Shown: positions 1-12,540, counted from the first letter of the whole stretch. The stretch: DNA of 56,947 nucleotides, filler included, from Platydemus manokwari (GCA_037951405.1; 5 parts of 5 records of this genome joined end to end with filler, not necessarily neighbours in it); one strand, 5' to 3'. Notes: generated by a model not told the origin, from the letters alone. Numbers and translations: made by a program.

Positions 1-99
1 TAAGTAGTTTTTAAAAAATTTTGATTTAAAGTTCAATATATAAAAATCGGACATTTCATATGGGACAACCTAATACATATTAAGGACAACTAATAAGTT

Positions 100-372
100 G
101 CAATATTTAATGATAACCATGTAAACGTTCCTATAATCGTTATTCTATAAACAAATTTATTTAAAAATTTAAACTTCGAATGAACTTCAAATAAGTTGTT
201 TCAATATTTTTTCTGTAAATATTCTACTGATATTGGTAAGTAATATATAAGATAATAAATTTATGATTAATTGTTTTAAATTCTCAATATTTTCAGAGAT
301 CTTCGCTTTGTAATCCATTTATTATACGGTGAGGAATAAGAGATATCTAATAGCTATGGTTTATAAATAATA
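100..372 (+). pseudogene. Possible decayed class A GPCR 3' end (TM7 + helix 8)
   Basis: A GT-AG intron at 236-296 joins ...FSVNILLIL|RSSLCNPFI. A 1-nt frameshift continues YTVRNKRYL, giving NPxxY plus an RNKxY helix-8 pattern. There are several in-frame stops upstream. Confidence 0.3.
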
Positions 373-1801
373 TTTATTTTTCAATGTCACGATATTTCCC
401 GGTAGTATGTTAACCTTCATATTCATCAGTAAATTCACTTTCATAAATAATGAATGGTTGTGACTCAAGTTTAAAATCATTTTCTTTTCTGGTCTCATTG
501 TTACATCGGAAATTATCATATTACATAAATAATGGAAAAATTCGTTTTCTTCAACGATATTGGATATCATCAAATGTATACGGTCTTGGTCAGCATGGAG
601 AAATTTTGGTTGATCATTACAATGAGGACTTTTGAACGGAGACATTAAACAATTTTGTTTAGGTGTGCAGTATGACGAGTTTAAATACTCAAAGATATCT
701 TTAAATATACTTCAAAAATTGACATTGATCCCGATTATTATTAGTCAAGACTTTGTTCATATAAAATTTTACTTAAAATATTTCAGAATAAATATAAAGA
801 TGTAAAGTAATACGTCGACAGTGTTATTTCAAGTAAATTTTGGTATTTTAGTATTTCTGTATTTTATTGATGAGTCTATTTTACATCTTATCAATATTGA
901 CTCTTGTGTACTGTTCGTATTAATTGACAAAGTCTTTCTTTTAAAAAAGCAGAATGTATTCAAGTTTTTTATAATTATTTATATATTAATATAAAAGTTT
1001 ATTATTATATTTATAATAATCGATTACTTAACTTTATCTTAAGTTAAAAAATTCAGATTTGTTTACATATGAATACACCTGTATATTGTTTTGAATAGGA
1101 CATGCAATCAACGGTAGAGTCGATCACAATGAGGGAGTGGATGTTTCGAAGTTAGGAAATCTAAAATTCTAATATACGGAGAAAATGAAAACAAACATAC
1201 AAAAAGAACACCTTCAGGAGATTAAAAGCTGGAAATTTAAAGCTCAAGTAATACATTATTTAATGAGAAATGAAGTTCTTCATAGATTAAAATACAAGAA
1301 ATATCAATGGAAAACGTGGCTTATTTTAATTGAAAACAAAAAAGGCATTTTGTTCATTTTCTAAAGAATATTGAAAGTTGCGGCCCGCATCTGCAAATAT
1401 TTCGTTAACTAAACATCAAGAATGTAAATTATTTAAATACTGAGTAAAGTTAGATCTTGTCAAAAAGGGAGAATACATCAAAATTGAGTACATTTTCGGT
1501 ACAAGATTGTAATGTTTTGGACATAAGTTGAGCAAGAGAATTTTCGTTAATAAACAAATGAAAATTGCTGATACTGTTGAATATAATTAACAAAATACTT
1601 GTAAATGATTTAAAAGTCACAATAATACAACTAACACAATAATACAGTCTAACACAAATTCTAACATAAACATAACACTGGCAGCTAAAATACTGGTCAT
1701 TGACCATCTCGGTCTCATTATTTAAATTCGTGTTTTGTGTGTTTCGCTTTTAATTGATTGTTTTGTGTATTGCATTTTCGTTGGATCCGACCACCATAAA
1801 A

Positions 1802-2006
1802 TGTGGGGATTAGTCAATTCCTAGGTATGTCACCTCGTGTAGTTATGTTTCTCGTAAAATTATGATTTTTCTGTTTAAGTCATCTGTGATTCGTTGGTTG
1901 TCAAGCTTGTATGATTATGTAGGTATGTCAATGTTCAAATTGCAAAATCAAGGGTTTCAAGGTACGAAATCGTTTTTATTTTTCAGAATTTTGTCTTCAC
2001 TCAACA
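1802..2006 (-). repeat. Candidate ~205-bp LTR
   Basis: The minus strand reads GAGGAC...AGGTAGAGGGGAA (PPT-like, 2021-2009), then TGTTGAG at 2006 ... CCCCACA at 1802, then TGGTGG (PBS-like) at 1796. No second copy is visible in the window. Confidence 0.35.
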
Positions 2007-2163
2007 TATTCCCCTCTACCTGAAGTTTTTGTCCTCAAAATCTTAGATAAGGACGATGAGTGGGATGCACCCTTTTCTTACTTTATCGATTAGTATCTCT
2101 TTTAATTATCGGTCTTTAAATTTTCAATTAAGATTGGACGTAAATCTAAATAATTAATGGTAA

Positions 2164-2635
2164 CTGAGTCTTTCAGCTCAGCTACCGACAGTCTATTTCA
2201 ATGTCGGAAAACTTTGTCTGATATTATTATTATTGTTATTTTTTTTATAGAAAATTTGATATTTACATACCACTCCACCCACGCCCCAGGAAAACGACAT
2301 CATCGCACTGACTCGTCATTGAGCATGGTGGATGTGAAATAATTTCCCGAAAATATACAATCCCAATTGGAAAATTGAAAAATATTTATATTTATCAATT
2401 GTGGAAATTATTGTTCCACCGAATTTAGTCGGCACCTGCCGACAGTATGTTTTTCCGGGACAATGCACCGCATCTGAGTTTCCCACGCTCAGCTGCCGAC
2501 ATTGTGTTCTATTTGATCAACCTAGGACGAGATCTAAACAATTCATAGTAGCTGAGTCTTTTATGCTCCGCTGCCTATGGCCAATTCCATCTGCTTAATC
2601 CGTGGCAGTGGAGCTTCCCATGTTCAGCTGCCGAC
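2164..2635. repeat. Cluster of degenerate ~26-bp GC-rich hairpin repeats
   Basis: CTGAG-N8/9-CTCAGCTRCCGAC-like units at 2164-2190, 2474-2501, 2551-2575 and 2611-2635, plus the palindrome GTCGGCA-CC-TGCCGAC at 2428-2443. Confidence 0.65.
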
Positions 2636-3619
2636 TATATAAACTCTGCCTTTGAAAATGTAGAGAAGAATACTTATCGTATTACATTAATATTGGAAAA
2701 TTGATTTTTGTTTTATTTCGATTATTGTTTGTCAAATAATTACAGCCGTATTACTCAAGTGAGTATTAATCTTCGAGAAAGAGTATTTATATAAATATAC
2801 ATATATTTGAAAGGAATTATTAGAATTTGATTCTAAAACCAGAAGAAATATCGAATTAATGATTTAAAGATTATTTATCTGAATTTATTCAATGGATTTA
2901 TTAATAATTATTCGATATTTAGTTTGAGTATTTCGGTTTGATGTAAGAATTCAGATTTATATTGTCATTATAAAATAAAATTTGTAAGGTTTAAATAATC
3001 TATACTGAGTATATATTTATTTTTAGCACCACAAACACTGCAAAGGTCAATCAATCCAATAGCCAGCTCGAGGACTGAAACCAGTGCACATTTATTATCG
3101 ATTGATAAAGATTTGTCTTGTGATAGTGTGACAATTAACGATGAAGATCTTCAACTTGTTAAACAAAGATCAGAAAATGTCGTCGATAATAAATCGATAA
3201 AAATTATTTTTGTATTATATCAATGGTATGGTTAATTATTTTGTCTATTATCAATTCAGAAAAAGAAATTTTGCTTTTTTATTATTTAATTCAACCAAGA
3301 AACATCTCTGTAAAATTAAATTTATTTCATGACTATATGATTCTATGTTTTTACATGAGTGGGTTTCAAATGTCATGACGGTGCTTTTATTAAATTCGTG
3401 TTAAATTTGTGTTACTTCATGATTCATCCATCTCGATTACTCCGTATTGGACAACTCAATGAAAACATTAAAATGGGATCATTTTTGCGTGCAAACATTA
3501 AAAAGTAACTACATTATAGTGATTCTTGATGTGATAAATTGATGGGTGCTATTAATGTTTTATTAATTAGAAGAGTTCTTAATATTGATATAAAAGCTTT
3601 TTATAACGTATACTTGACG

Positions 3620-5093
3620 TCCAACATCGTTTTGTTTTTCTTCTGCTCCATCTTTACAGTTATTTCACTGATAATCATTTCTTCTTCTTCTTTCAAAGTG
3701 TGATTATCGTAAATGTTTTAAATTCTGTTACAGAATACCGTAATAGACATGCTCGGCCTTAGCACTGTCGTTTTACTTTCTTGTTGAGGATCTTGTGTCT
3801 CTTGTTATATTAAACATTTCACATCGTCGTTTGTTTCATTTATTATTTTACTAGCAATCGTAGCCACCTGTTCAGTATTAATTTCAAATATATCGTCCAT
3901 GTTGCCTATATCCACCCAATGTAACACGTCTTCCTCGTCAACATTTTGTACGACTGTCACTCCGTTTTCGTCATCATATCGAAGATCAACTATAGTTTCT
4001 ATTTCTCTGTTGGTAGTCCTGTAAAGTTATTTTTCTTTTATAATATTCCAGTGGTTTCGATGGTGCATAGTGGCCAATCCTTTTATTTTCAATTTTTTGT
4101 ATATTAATCTTAAGGACTTGGCATCTTCTAAGGCGAAATGGACGCCTTTCTGGATGTCCAGGTCAGCTATTTATTTAGCTAACATCTGAAATTTATAAAA
4201 TTGACCGTTGCCCTTGGTTTGAATGTTAGCATCCTTGAAGACAAGAACGGCGGCCAGATCTCGAATTCCCATCATTGGATATGCGTTAATGGCTAGATAT
4301 TTAAATTCCATTTGGAGATCATGGCCTACCAATATTTTTCTTTTGAGTAATTCTTGCACTTTCATGATGGCTTCGTATTTGTTTTGACAATTCCTTGTAT
4401 GCCTCTCTCGTATTTCGTGATATTTTTCTCCGAAGTCGATCACTTGCTGTCTCGGTGTTATTTTGCCGTCCATCAGAATTTTTCCTTCGTAGTTCATTGC
4501 CGCAACTGTCAACGGAGATCTGGAGTCATCTGCATTTCTAGCCGTGAATTTCGCGTCAAGAAATACCAGTCTCTCCCTGATTTCATTCTGGCTTAGTCTT
4601 GTTCTGATAAATGATTTTCTATGTCTCAAGTCTTCTGATGTGGGTTTATATTCGACATCTGAAATGTTCTGTGGTGGTTTTTTTTTGCTGGGTTGTATTC
4701 TTTGATCGGTTTCTCTCGGAATTCAACTGCTATCCAAGCTGGTACACTTGCTGCTTGCACTCGAGTACTCTAGTCTTCCACTTTAACTTCCCAAGAGGTT
4801 CCTCTTTCTACTTCAAATAATCTTCTGTCTCGATCAATAAAATCTATGCTTTTTGATAATATGTGTATCTCCCGCTTTCCTTGTTTTGAATGTTTTTGAA
4901 AATCCGCTAGTCTAATTGGGTATTCTCTGGTAACCTCCGATAAATATAACTCCATCTTCCAATCCGTGATCCTGGCGTAGTTCGGTACTTCCTCGTTCTT
5001 AGTAATACTGATTATCAGGCATGAGTCCATCTTCGAAGTTAGCTGCTGTAGGGCTCTGTAACATTTGTTTGTTCTTAACGTTGGTTTGTGCAT
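3620..5093 (-). pseudogene. Disrupted accessory ORF with an ISG20/REX4-like DEDDh 3'-5' exonuclease domain and acidic tail
   Basis: ExoI-like LVFLDAKF (~4557), NYEGKILMDGKITPRQQVIDF, ExoII-like KILVGHDLQMEFKYL and IRDLA. Reading through the stop at 4171-4173 gives DIQKGVHFALEDAKSLRLIY (ExoIII HxxxED). The upstream ORF 4770-5093 connects to it through stops and a frameshift. Confidence 0.8.
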
Positions 5094-5199
5094 TTGTAAA
5101 TTGTTGTGGGGATGATTGATAATTTTAAAATTTTTATAGTCATCGTGTATGTGTGTGTCAATGATTATGTTGTGAGTGTGTGTCGCCGATATGGACCAA

Positions 5200-6610
5200 T
5201 GCCAGTTTTGGACATCATAATTTCTTGATTACAGAAAGAAATAATAAAATATCATAAAATTCATCACAGACAAAAACTTCAATAATCAATGTTCTCTAAA
5301 ATTTTAATTGTTAAGTTTAAAATATAATGTTAACGAATTATCATAAATAAATGATCACTAAAAGGTCAAATGTCATAAATACAGGGAATTGTTAATTGGA
5401 TCTCACTTATACCCAAGTGGATTGACTCCTGGCCCGTGAGATATGATGTCTCTGTGCTTGGTCAAATGAAGATTTAACAGTTAAACCTGAAATCAACAAC
5501 ATAGTCAATGCAATAGCGAAGAATACGACGATTGCTGTCAAAATCCATGCATCCAAATTGAAAGTAGATGGTTAATATGTTTTTTGGCTTCACAGAATCT
5601 TTGGATCGTAATTGAGGTTTTAGCTGGGATTGGTTAATATTTGTATCTAAATAATTATTATTACTGAAAATGGTTAAGTTAGAATATTCCTTGTCTGATT
5701 CTGGTTGAGATAGCCATTGAATGTCTGCGTATTTCACTAAATTGAGTTCCCATTCCGATCGTGATTGTTTCCAATATTCAACTTTCAGTCTATATTCCTC
5801 GCCTGGGATCAAATCTCAAAATTATCTTTGTGATTGGTTTGAGTGTAAACGAATGTTTTAATGGGCTCCCATAAAGTTTAAAACAATTTCTACTTATTAA
5901 TTGGTTTTACATGTTTTGTGAACTGAGATGGATGATGATGTTTTGAACGTTTGCACTTTGTCGTCTGGTTGGATTATGGTAATTATTTTATTTTCTTGTA
6001 ACACAATCGTGAACACTATTCGTTACTCTCATCTCCAAATATGTTATACTTATTCGATTTTTTTCGTGAAGTCTTACATTATCAAATTTCACATATGTTG
6101 AAAATTGAGTAAAATTAATTGATTGATCAACGTTTCTAATTTAATTTGTATTACTAAGTTCTGTTCATAATGCCATTGACACACAATACCGTCAACAAAT
6201 GGTTCAATTATAATTTTATTTTTTAATTCTCTTATCCATATATGGATTGCCATCTGAAGTCACGAGTAGGGTTTGACCAAAACGCAATTTTCCATGAGTA
6301 TCCCTTGTTCGACAGTAAATCATTAACGATAGTTTTTTCATTACACACGTCTAGCGTGAACGCCTCAGAGATATTTCGATTTATATCCCAATTACATAGG
6401 GTTCCTGGATTAGCAGCTTTATTTATATACAAATAAGATGTGTATATGAAGAGTAGATTTTCAGTCCTTTGATTAATTCAATTTCGATTTTCGACGTTAT
6501 CATTGAAGCTGTGGTACAATTTATATTAATTAGATTTATTAAACAGAAGAAAAGAAGTAACTTATAAGGTTTGTTTAAGATGTTAGTTGTCATTACATTG
6601 CTTGTCATTT
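5200..6610 (-). pseudogene. Disrupted ORF in the env position with a signal-peptide-like start
   Basis: After the pol-terminal YPLRSR motif comes KLLLFFCLINLININCTTAS (hydrophobic signal-like), then ORF pieces 6232-6432 and 5474-5812 on the same strand, with frameshifts and stops between them. Confidence 0.45.
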
Positions 6611-8070
6611 GCGATCTACTTCGTAATGGATATTGGTGATCGTCGACCTGTGACACCTTTTTGCAACAATAGTTTCAGCACTTTTCCCTCTTTTCGGTTT
6701 TATTTTCAAATTAGTTGGCGTGGTTCCGCATACAGTATATGGGCCTTTGTATGGGTGGTTCAATTTAGAAGACATTCGACTAATATTTTCTGGACGAAAC
6801 AAATAAACTAGATCACCTGTTTTAATTCCATGTTCGTGTGCTTTTTTATCATGATCATTTTTGTATTGTTCGTATTTATATTATATTTTTATATTTTATT
6901 TTTTGGCCAAACCGATTGCATACTCTCTTGTAATAATGATTTATAATCTGCTTTTTCCATGTACTGTGATACAGGTTCCTGATAATCTAAATCTATAGGC
7001 ATATTATTTCTTAGGTGTTCCTAATCGAAAGACTATAACCCCCACAAAGGTATATGCGACTGTTTCCGCTTTTTGATTTTTAATTGCAAAGGCCTCTGGC
7101 CATTTTGTTAGATAATCATAAAATACTAAAATATATTTGTTACCATTTATGGTTTCTGGGAATGGTCCAACTATATCCATGGCTGTCATCGGCATGGGGC
7201 TGAAGGTATTGGCATGGGTATCAATGGTGCTTTGATCCATCCTCCCGTGCTTCGCCTAGTTATACTTATTTTACAGAATTTCCACCAATATTTAACATCT
7301 TGTTCCATTTTAGCCCAATAATATTTTGATCTCAAACTCGATAGTGTCTTCCTTGAAGATAGATGTCCTCTTAACGCGCCATCGTGATATTACATTAAAA
7401 GAATATGTCTATGTTTTTCCGGCACCACTAATAATATGTTATTGCCATTATAATATTTCAATAAGTTTTGCTGTATAAAATATCCTGGTTGTGTAATTGG
7501 TTTGGGATCTACATTATATGGTCGTTTTTCCAGTGACGTTTTAATACATTTAATTTCAGTGTTGTTTTTGTGATCCTCATAAAACGTTTTCATACATAAA
7601 ACATTTTTCACCGCTGTTAGCACTTTGCTTCTTCGATTTCGTCTTTTTAAATTTGCATTTGTTTTTCCCAATCTATACCTAATATCAATGTCGTATTGTT
7701 GAAGCGCCATGACACATCTAATTAATCTACTAGCAACGGCCGTATAATTAATGAGCTATTTTAAAGGATTATGATCCGTATACCATATAATTTTGTGTCC
7801 TAATAAATATTGTCGAAAATGTGTTACTACGAAGATAACTGCTAACGGTTCTTTTTCTATAGTTGAATAATTTTTTTCGTGTGTCTTTGAAGCTCTGCTG
7901 GTATATGCGATAACATGATCCTTTTCTCAATAATCCTGTTGGCCTAATATAGCACCGATAGCAAATCCACTTGCCTCTGTCATTGCAATGAAGGGTTTTT
8001 TCATGCCGGGATGCAGGAGTATTGCATTGGTGGTTAATTTTTGTTTTAACAAATCAAAAGCTTCCTAATG
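6605..8070 (-). mobile_element. Ty3/Gypsy pol remnant: RNase H - integrase - GPY/F
   Basis: RNase H motifs TEASGFAIGAIL, NYSTIEKEPLAVIF, YTDHNPL and LQQYDIDIRYR; integrase HH region (HDGALRGHL...YYW); core AMDIVGPFPETINGNKYILVFYDYLTKWPEA; KLNHPYKGPYTV. The core is internally deleted between GTPKK and MPIDL (~7005). Confidence 0.93.
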
Positions 8071-8089
8071 CAGTTTCTATGATGATATC

Positions 8090-9260
8090 AGAACAAGAAC
8101 CCCGAGCCAATTGTTTCAGAACAGAAGTTCACTTCAAGAAGAGAGAGACCAGTATATTCGATGAAATACATGGCCTAGAAACTTTACAATAAGTGTCGAG
8201 GCATGCCATACCCAAAAGAAGAACGATTTCGTGGAGACATTTGCTTCTGCTGTGGAGAAAGTGGACGATGAAGGCGAGACTCGATGGAGAAAAGACAGAA
8301 AAGCAGAAGAGCAAATATTTAGTTCAAATACAAATAAAAGCGGAGATGCAGAAAATACAAAAGCGCAGCACAATGATGCAGAAGTACTGGAGACATTTAG
8401 ATTTCTAAATGGTGAAATAACTCTAACTAGCCCGGAATTCTGGAATAAACATTCACTTTCGAGAATTAAAGATAAGGTGAAGGTGATCGATAATATGCTG
8501 ATGATGGAGGAAGAGAAAGTTTTAGCTGCTTTAATACCGAAAGATTTTGCCGCTCATTTAACAAGACAATTCACGAGGAGCTCTGCAACCTAGGCTCAAA
8601 GAAAATCTTCGCATATTTGAAAGACGGTTTTTATTGGCCAGATATTTTCAACACCAAAGATACTGAAAGAATGTATTTTATGTGCAAAGAGAAAGATTGA
8701 TCAATCGAGAACTAAGGAGTTTATGCTCTCTCGGTTAGGCTCTGAGTTTCAAGAGCAAATCGTGGTGGGCATTGCACAAATGAACGCGATGCATAGTAAC
8801 AAGAATTATCTAGTAGTCATTATCGACAGATTCAGCAAGCTAGTGAGCCTCACTGCTGCATCTGAGGAAGACGAAAAGACAATTTTCCGGGTCATTTATC
8901 GTTTATTTATCGTGTATTTATCGTTTTGGAAAGCCAAAGAATATTCCATCTGATAACGGGAAACAATTTGGAGGCACATTTATTAGAGAGGCGTTTTCAA
9001 AATTGGTTATCAAACAGGAATTCAGTTCACCATAACAGCGTCATTCGAATGGGCTAGCGGTAAGAGTTATCATGACGGTACGAGATATAATAACAGCTAC
9101 TTTAAAGGGAAACAGCAATGAGAAAACTTGGGCTGAATTGTTGCCAAGAATAAAGTTCTGCATCAACGCAACACATCAATTAACAACGAAGTTCTCCTCT
9201 TTCGAGATAATCTATGGACGGAAGATCAATGTTCATAATAATCAGTCCTTAAACCACTAA
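8090..9260 (+). mobile_element. Ty3/Gypsy integrase remnant of a second, oppositely oriented element
   Basis: LGSKK...GFYWP...ECILC (zinc-finger region), YLVVIIDRFSKLV, SDNGKQF, SNGLA, TWAELLP and TTKFSSFEIIYGR, with stops and frameshifts. Confidence 0.9.
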
Positions 9261-9649
9261 TTCAAACTCAAGAGCTCAGATTATAAATCATGTGGATAGA
9301 AATGAAAAAGGCTAAACAATTTACTAAAAATTCGATTAAAATTACAGTAGTCTTTATTTTAATGATCAAAAAGTGATTACACAATCACATCATATGACAG
9401 TTACTCAATATATTTACCAAAACTTGCACATTATCTATAAATATAATCATCTGCTATATTATTGGGCAATTTGTAGAAAGATTCCAACATTAAATTAGAT
9501 GCGAAATATTGTCTGAAACTTGATAAGATATAGAAAATTTCTTTATCATTTTTAATCCTGGGGGAAAGGATTGTGATGGCCATTTTATAGTTACTAATTA
9601 TTATTATAGTTATTATTATTAGCTTATGATTTAATATGAGGTTCAAGAC

Positions 9650-10610
9650 ACATGGTATAAGATAGAATTTTATCTATAAATAGCTGAAGTAGAGTTGTTG
9701 TGGGAATCGGGGGCGTCTATCACAGTGATGATCGTGAAATTTTCGAGGAAAGTGGGAATCCTAAAATTGCAAGATGGTTTGATAACTCTTAGTAGAGTGT
9801 TTTCAACGGGTGCCGAATGCCCTCTGGGTTATACAGATGTCATTGTCGAGTGGAAAAGAAAGCAAAGAAAAATTAGGATTGTAAAAGTAAAAATAAATTG
9901 TCCCGGGATTCAGCTGAAAGAAGTTGTCATAATCGATTCATCAAAATTTAACGACAAATATACAGATAGGGTACGAGCGGAGCACGCAATGGAAATGATT
10001 AAGATTGGAAACATGGGCAGATTTAGAAGACTTATCAAAAAATACGGAAAAATATTTATGGCTTCGAAATTGGATCTAGGCAGAACCACCTCAATTGTTC
10101 ACGATATTATAATGACCGGAAATCCTATTTCGCAGAATCCCAGAAGACATCCCATGCACTTCAAAATAAAAATTAAAGATGTGATAGAAATCTGCTCAAA
10201 ATAAGAGTAATAAGACCATGCAAGAGTGCTCGGAATTCACCACTGGTCATCGTAGGAAAAAAGGACGGATCGATAGGAATGTGTGTGGATTATCGACGGC
10301 TCAATGGAATGACAGAAAAATTTAGTTTCCCCATGTCTGTTATCCATCAATTTCTAGACTGTTTGGCGTTTACTAAATATTTCTCCTTGATAGATTCAGG
10401 ACAGGCTTATTACTAAGTCGAACTAACTTCGAGATCCTAACATTGCACAACTGTTAGTACAAGAACTGGCCAAAAATGTTTCGACAGACTCCCGTTTGAA
10501 CTATATACAGCACCGGCAATCTGTCAAAAACTAATGCACAAGTTGTTTGATGGATTGATCTTTAAAGGCGTTGTGGTATCTTTTTGGATGATGTGTTAAT
10601 ATACGGAAAT
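9650..10610 (+). mobile_element. Ty3/Gypsy protease and reverse transcriptase remnant
   Basis: LLWESGASITVM (decayed DSGA protease motif), DLGRTTSIVHDI, NSPLVIVGKKDGSIGMCVDYRRLN, RLPFELYTAPA and FLDDVLIYG near 10580-10606. Confidence 0.92.
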
Positions 10611-12292
10611 AATTGATTGGTTAATTAAAAATAATTTTAGAAGATTTAGTTTCAAAATATATAAACATGAACTCAATGACTCACTAGTATATTGTGAAGC
10701 ACAATATCATTTGCTGACATAATTTCACAATATGTATCGCAAAATCAATTTTAAATCTGAGAAATTAATTAAAATGATGGTCACTCTAAAACCAAAATAA
10801 TCCTCGTATAGAGTTATAATATTAGTAATGTAGTAATATTGATACTATATTAAATTATATTATATAATACCGTAAATAATATTTTATTTTATAAATTATG
10901 TGACTCGAAATCTATTTGATGAAATCATTTAACCTGCAAATGATTTACGAAACTACAGACGGAATTAATAATAATTTATAATTACAATTATTATTGAAAT
11001 AATAAATAGAATAATTAGAATAAATTATTATTAATAATCCATTAATTTATCACATTATGTTTGGATTTTGATTGAATCCAAACTGAAACATTTTCAGGTA
11101 AACACAAAAGAATTTTCATTTAACTACATTTCATGGGAAAATTTAAATTAATTTATCTACTTAGACATTATAAGTACAATATTATAAAGTAATAATTTTT
11201 GAAAACATTTTTACAAAATATAGCAACTGATGAGAGAAAAAAATGTTTTGTGATAATCCATTGTGCTGTCAAGATTGATATTGCTCATTGAGGATAAGAA
11301 ATGTATATGTGTAGAAAAGTAACAAAAAAATGTAGAACATAAAATTTTATAAAAGAATAATTTCATATTATCTCAATTTCGAATGTTTTAAAACTTTTTA
11401 TTTTAACGAAATATTTAAAAAATTAAAATGAAATTATTTTTAAATATTTCTCTTTGCACATTTTTATATTCAAATTCCCCAATAAAATTCTTGAAAATAT
11501 TTAAATTTGTTTACCAAATTTGTGTTTAAATTTAAAGATTTTTGAGTAACTTCCCAACGAATTAGTATTGCGAAATTGCAAATTTAAACAAGGTAGCTAC
11601 TACTAATAATCGACAAATTGATATTCAGGTCTTTTATATTCTTGGCTGATATTACACAGTTGCTAGATCTAAAGATTTTATTAGAGTTCAAATAGCTTGT
11701 ATAAATGTATAAATTGCTAAAAATGACTCTCGATTCATTTTCAACGTGTGCTTTTTAAAATACCATGTGTTGTTGAACTTTATCGAAATTTAATCAGACA
11801 TACATAGATCATTAAAACATTTGTATACATTTTGAGAAAATAATTAAATAAATATAAACAGCTGGATTAGAATTGCTTTTGTGATGTTAAGAATTTCTCA
11901 ATTGAGTTAAATGATGGTACGAGTTGAAACAAAACTAATGTTCTGATTATAAATGAGATTCACAGATAAATTTCGGCTTGACTCGATGGCTTGTACATAA
12001 TAAAATTTTATTGTATTATAAATTTAAAAGCGAAATTCAATAAATACTTCAATCTTCATATGATAAATGAATTTAGTGATTTAATCGAAGTGTGTTATGA
12101 ATAGAAATCAATCTATTAACTAATAATGTTCTTAATAGGTTTTAATAATGGTTTCACAGATAAATGTCAAAAGAATAAAGGAGATAATAAAATTTTCATT
12201 GACATGAAAGCATATCACAGGAATTATATTGTTGGAGTGATGATAAAATTTGTCACCAACTCTCATAAAATTATTATGAAAATATCATTTTA

Positions 12293-12440
12293 CCTTGCAA
12301 CAATTGTTTGATACAGCTGAAACATGGAACAGAATTATTAAAAATTTTTTGTCATTAGTAGCTAGAATTGAGTTAAAAATATATAGAAAACCATGATTCT
12401 TTTGAAAGTAGAGACCAGAATTCGAATTATTGTGATCAAC
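12293..12440 (-). CDS. Possible exon fragment abutting the gap, product unknown
   Basis: An open frame VDHNNSNSGLYFQKNHGFLYIFNSILATNDKKFFNNSVPCFSCIKQLLQ ends at a CAAG|GTAAAA donor. No downstream exon could be joined. Confidence 0.25.
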
Positions 12441-12540
12441 NNNNNNNNNNNNNNNNNNNNNNNNNNNNNNNNNNNNNNNNNNNNTTAATTAATTAANNNN
12501 NNNNNNNNNNNNNNNNNNNNNNNNNNNNNNNNNNNNNNNN
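12441..12540. other. Assembly spacer (N44-TTAATTAATTAA-N44)
   Basis: An identical 100-nt structure occurs four times; the linker has stops in all six frames. Confidence 0.98.

Noticed and set aside
2164-2635. CRISPR-like repeat-spacer array
   Set aside because: The units are degenerate and irregularly spaced, the context is eukaryotic, and no cas genes are present.
11717-11763. 47-nt GT-AG intron-like segment on the minus strand
   Set aside because: All three upstream frames contain stops within a dozen codons, so no gene model could be built.
12485-12496. TTAATTAATTAA palindrome recurring four times
   Set aside because: It is always centred in identical N runs, so it is an artificial six-frame-stop linker. 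Neighbourhood arguments across these gaps (e.g. TPPP-like gene with tubulin) are therefore weak.
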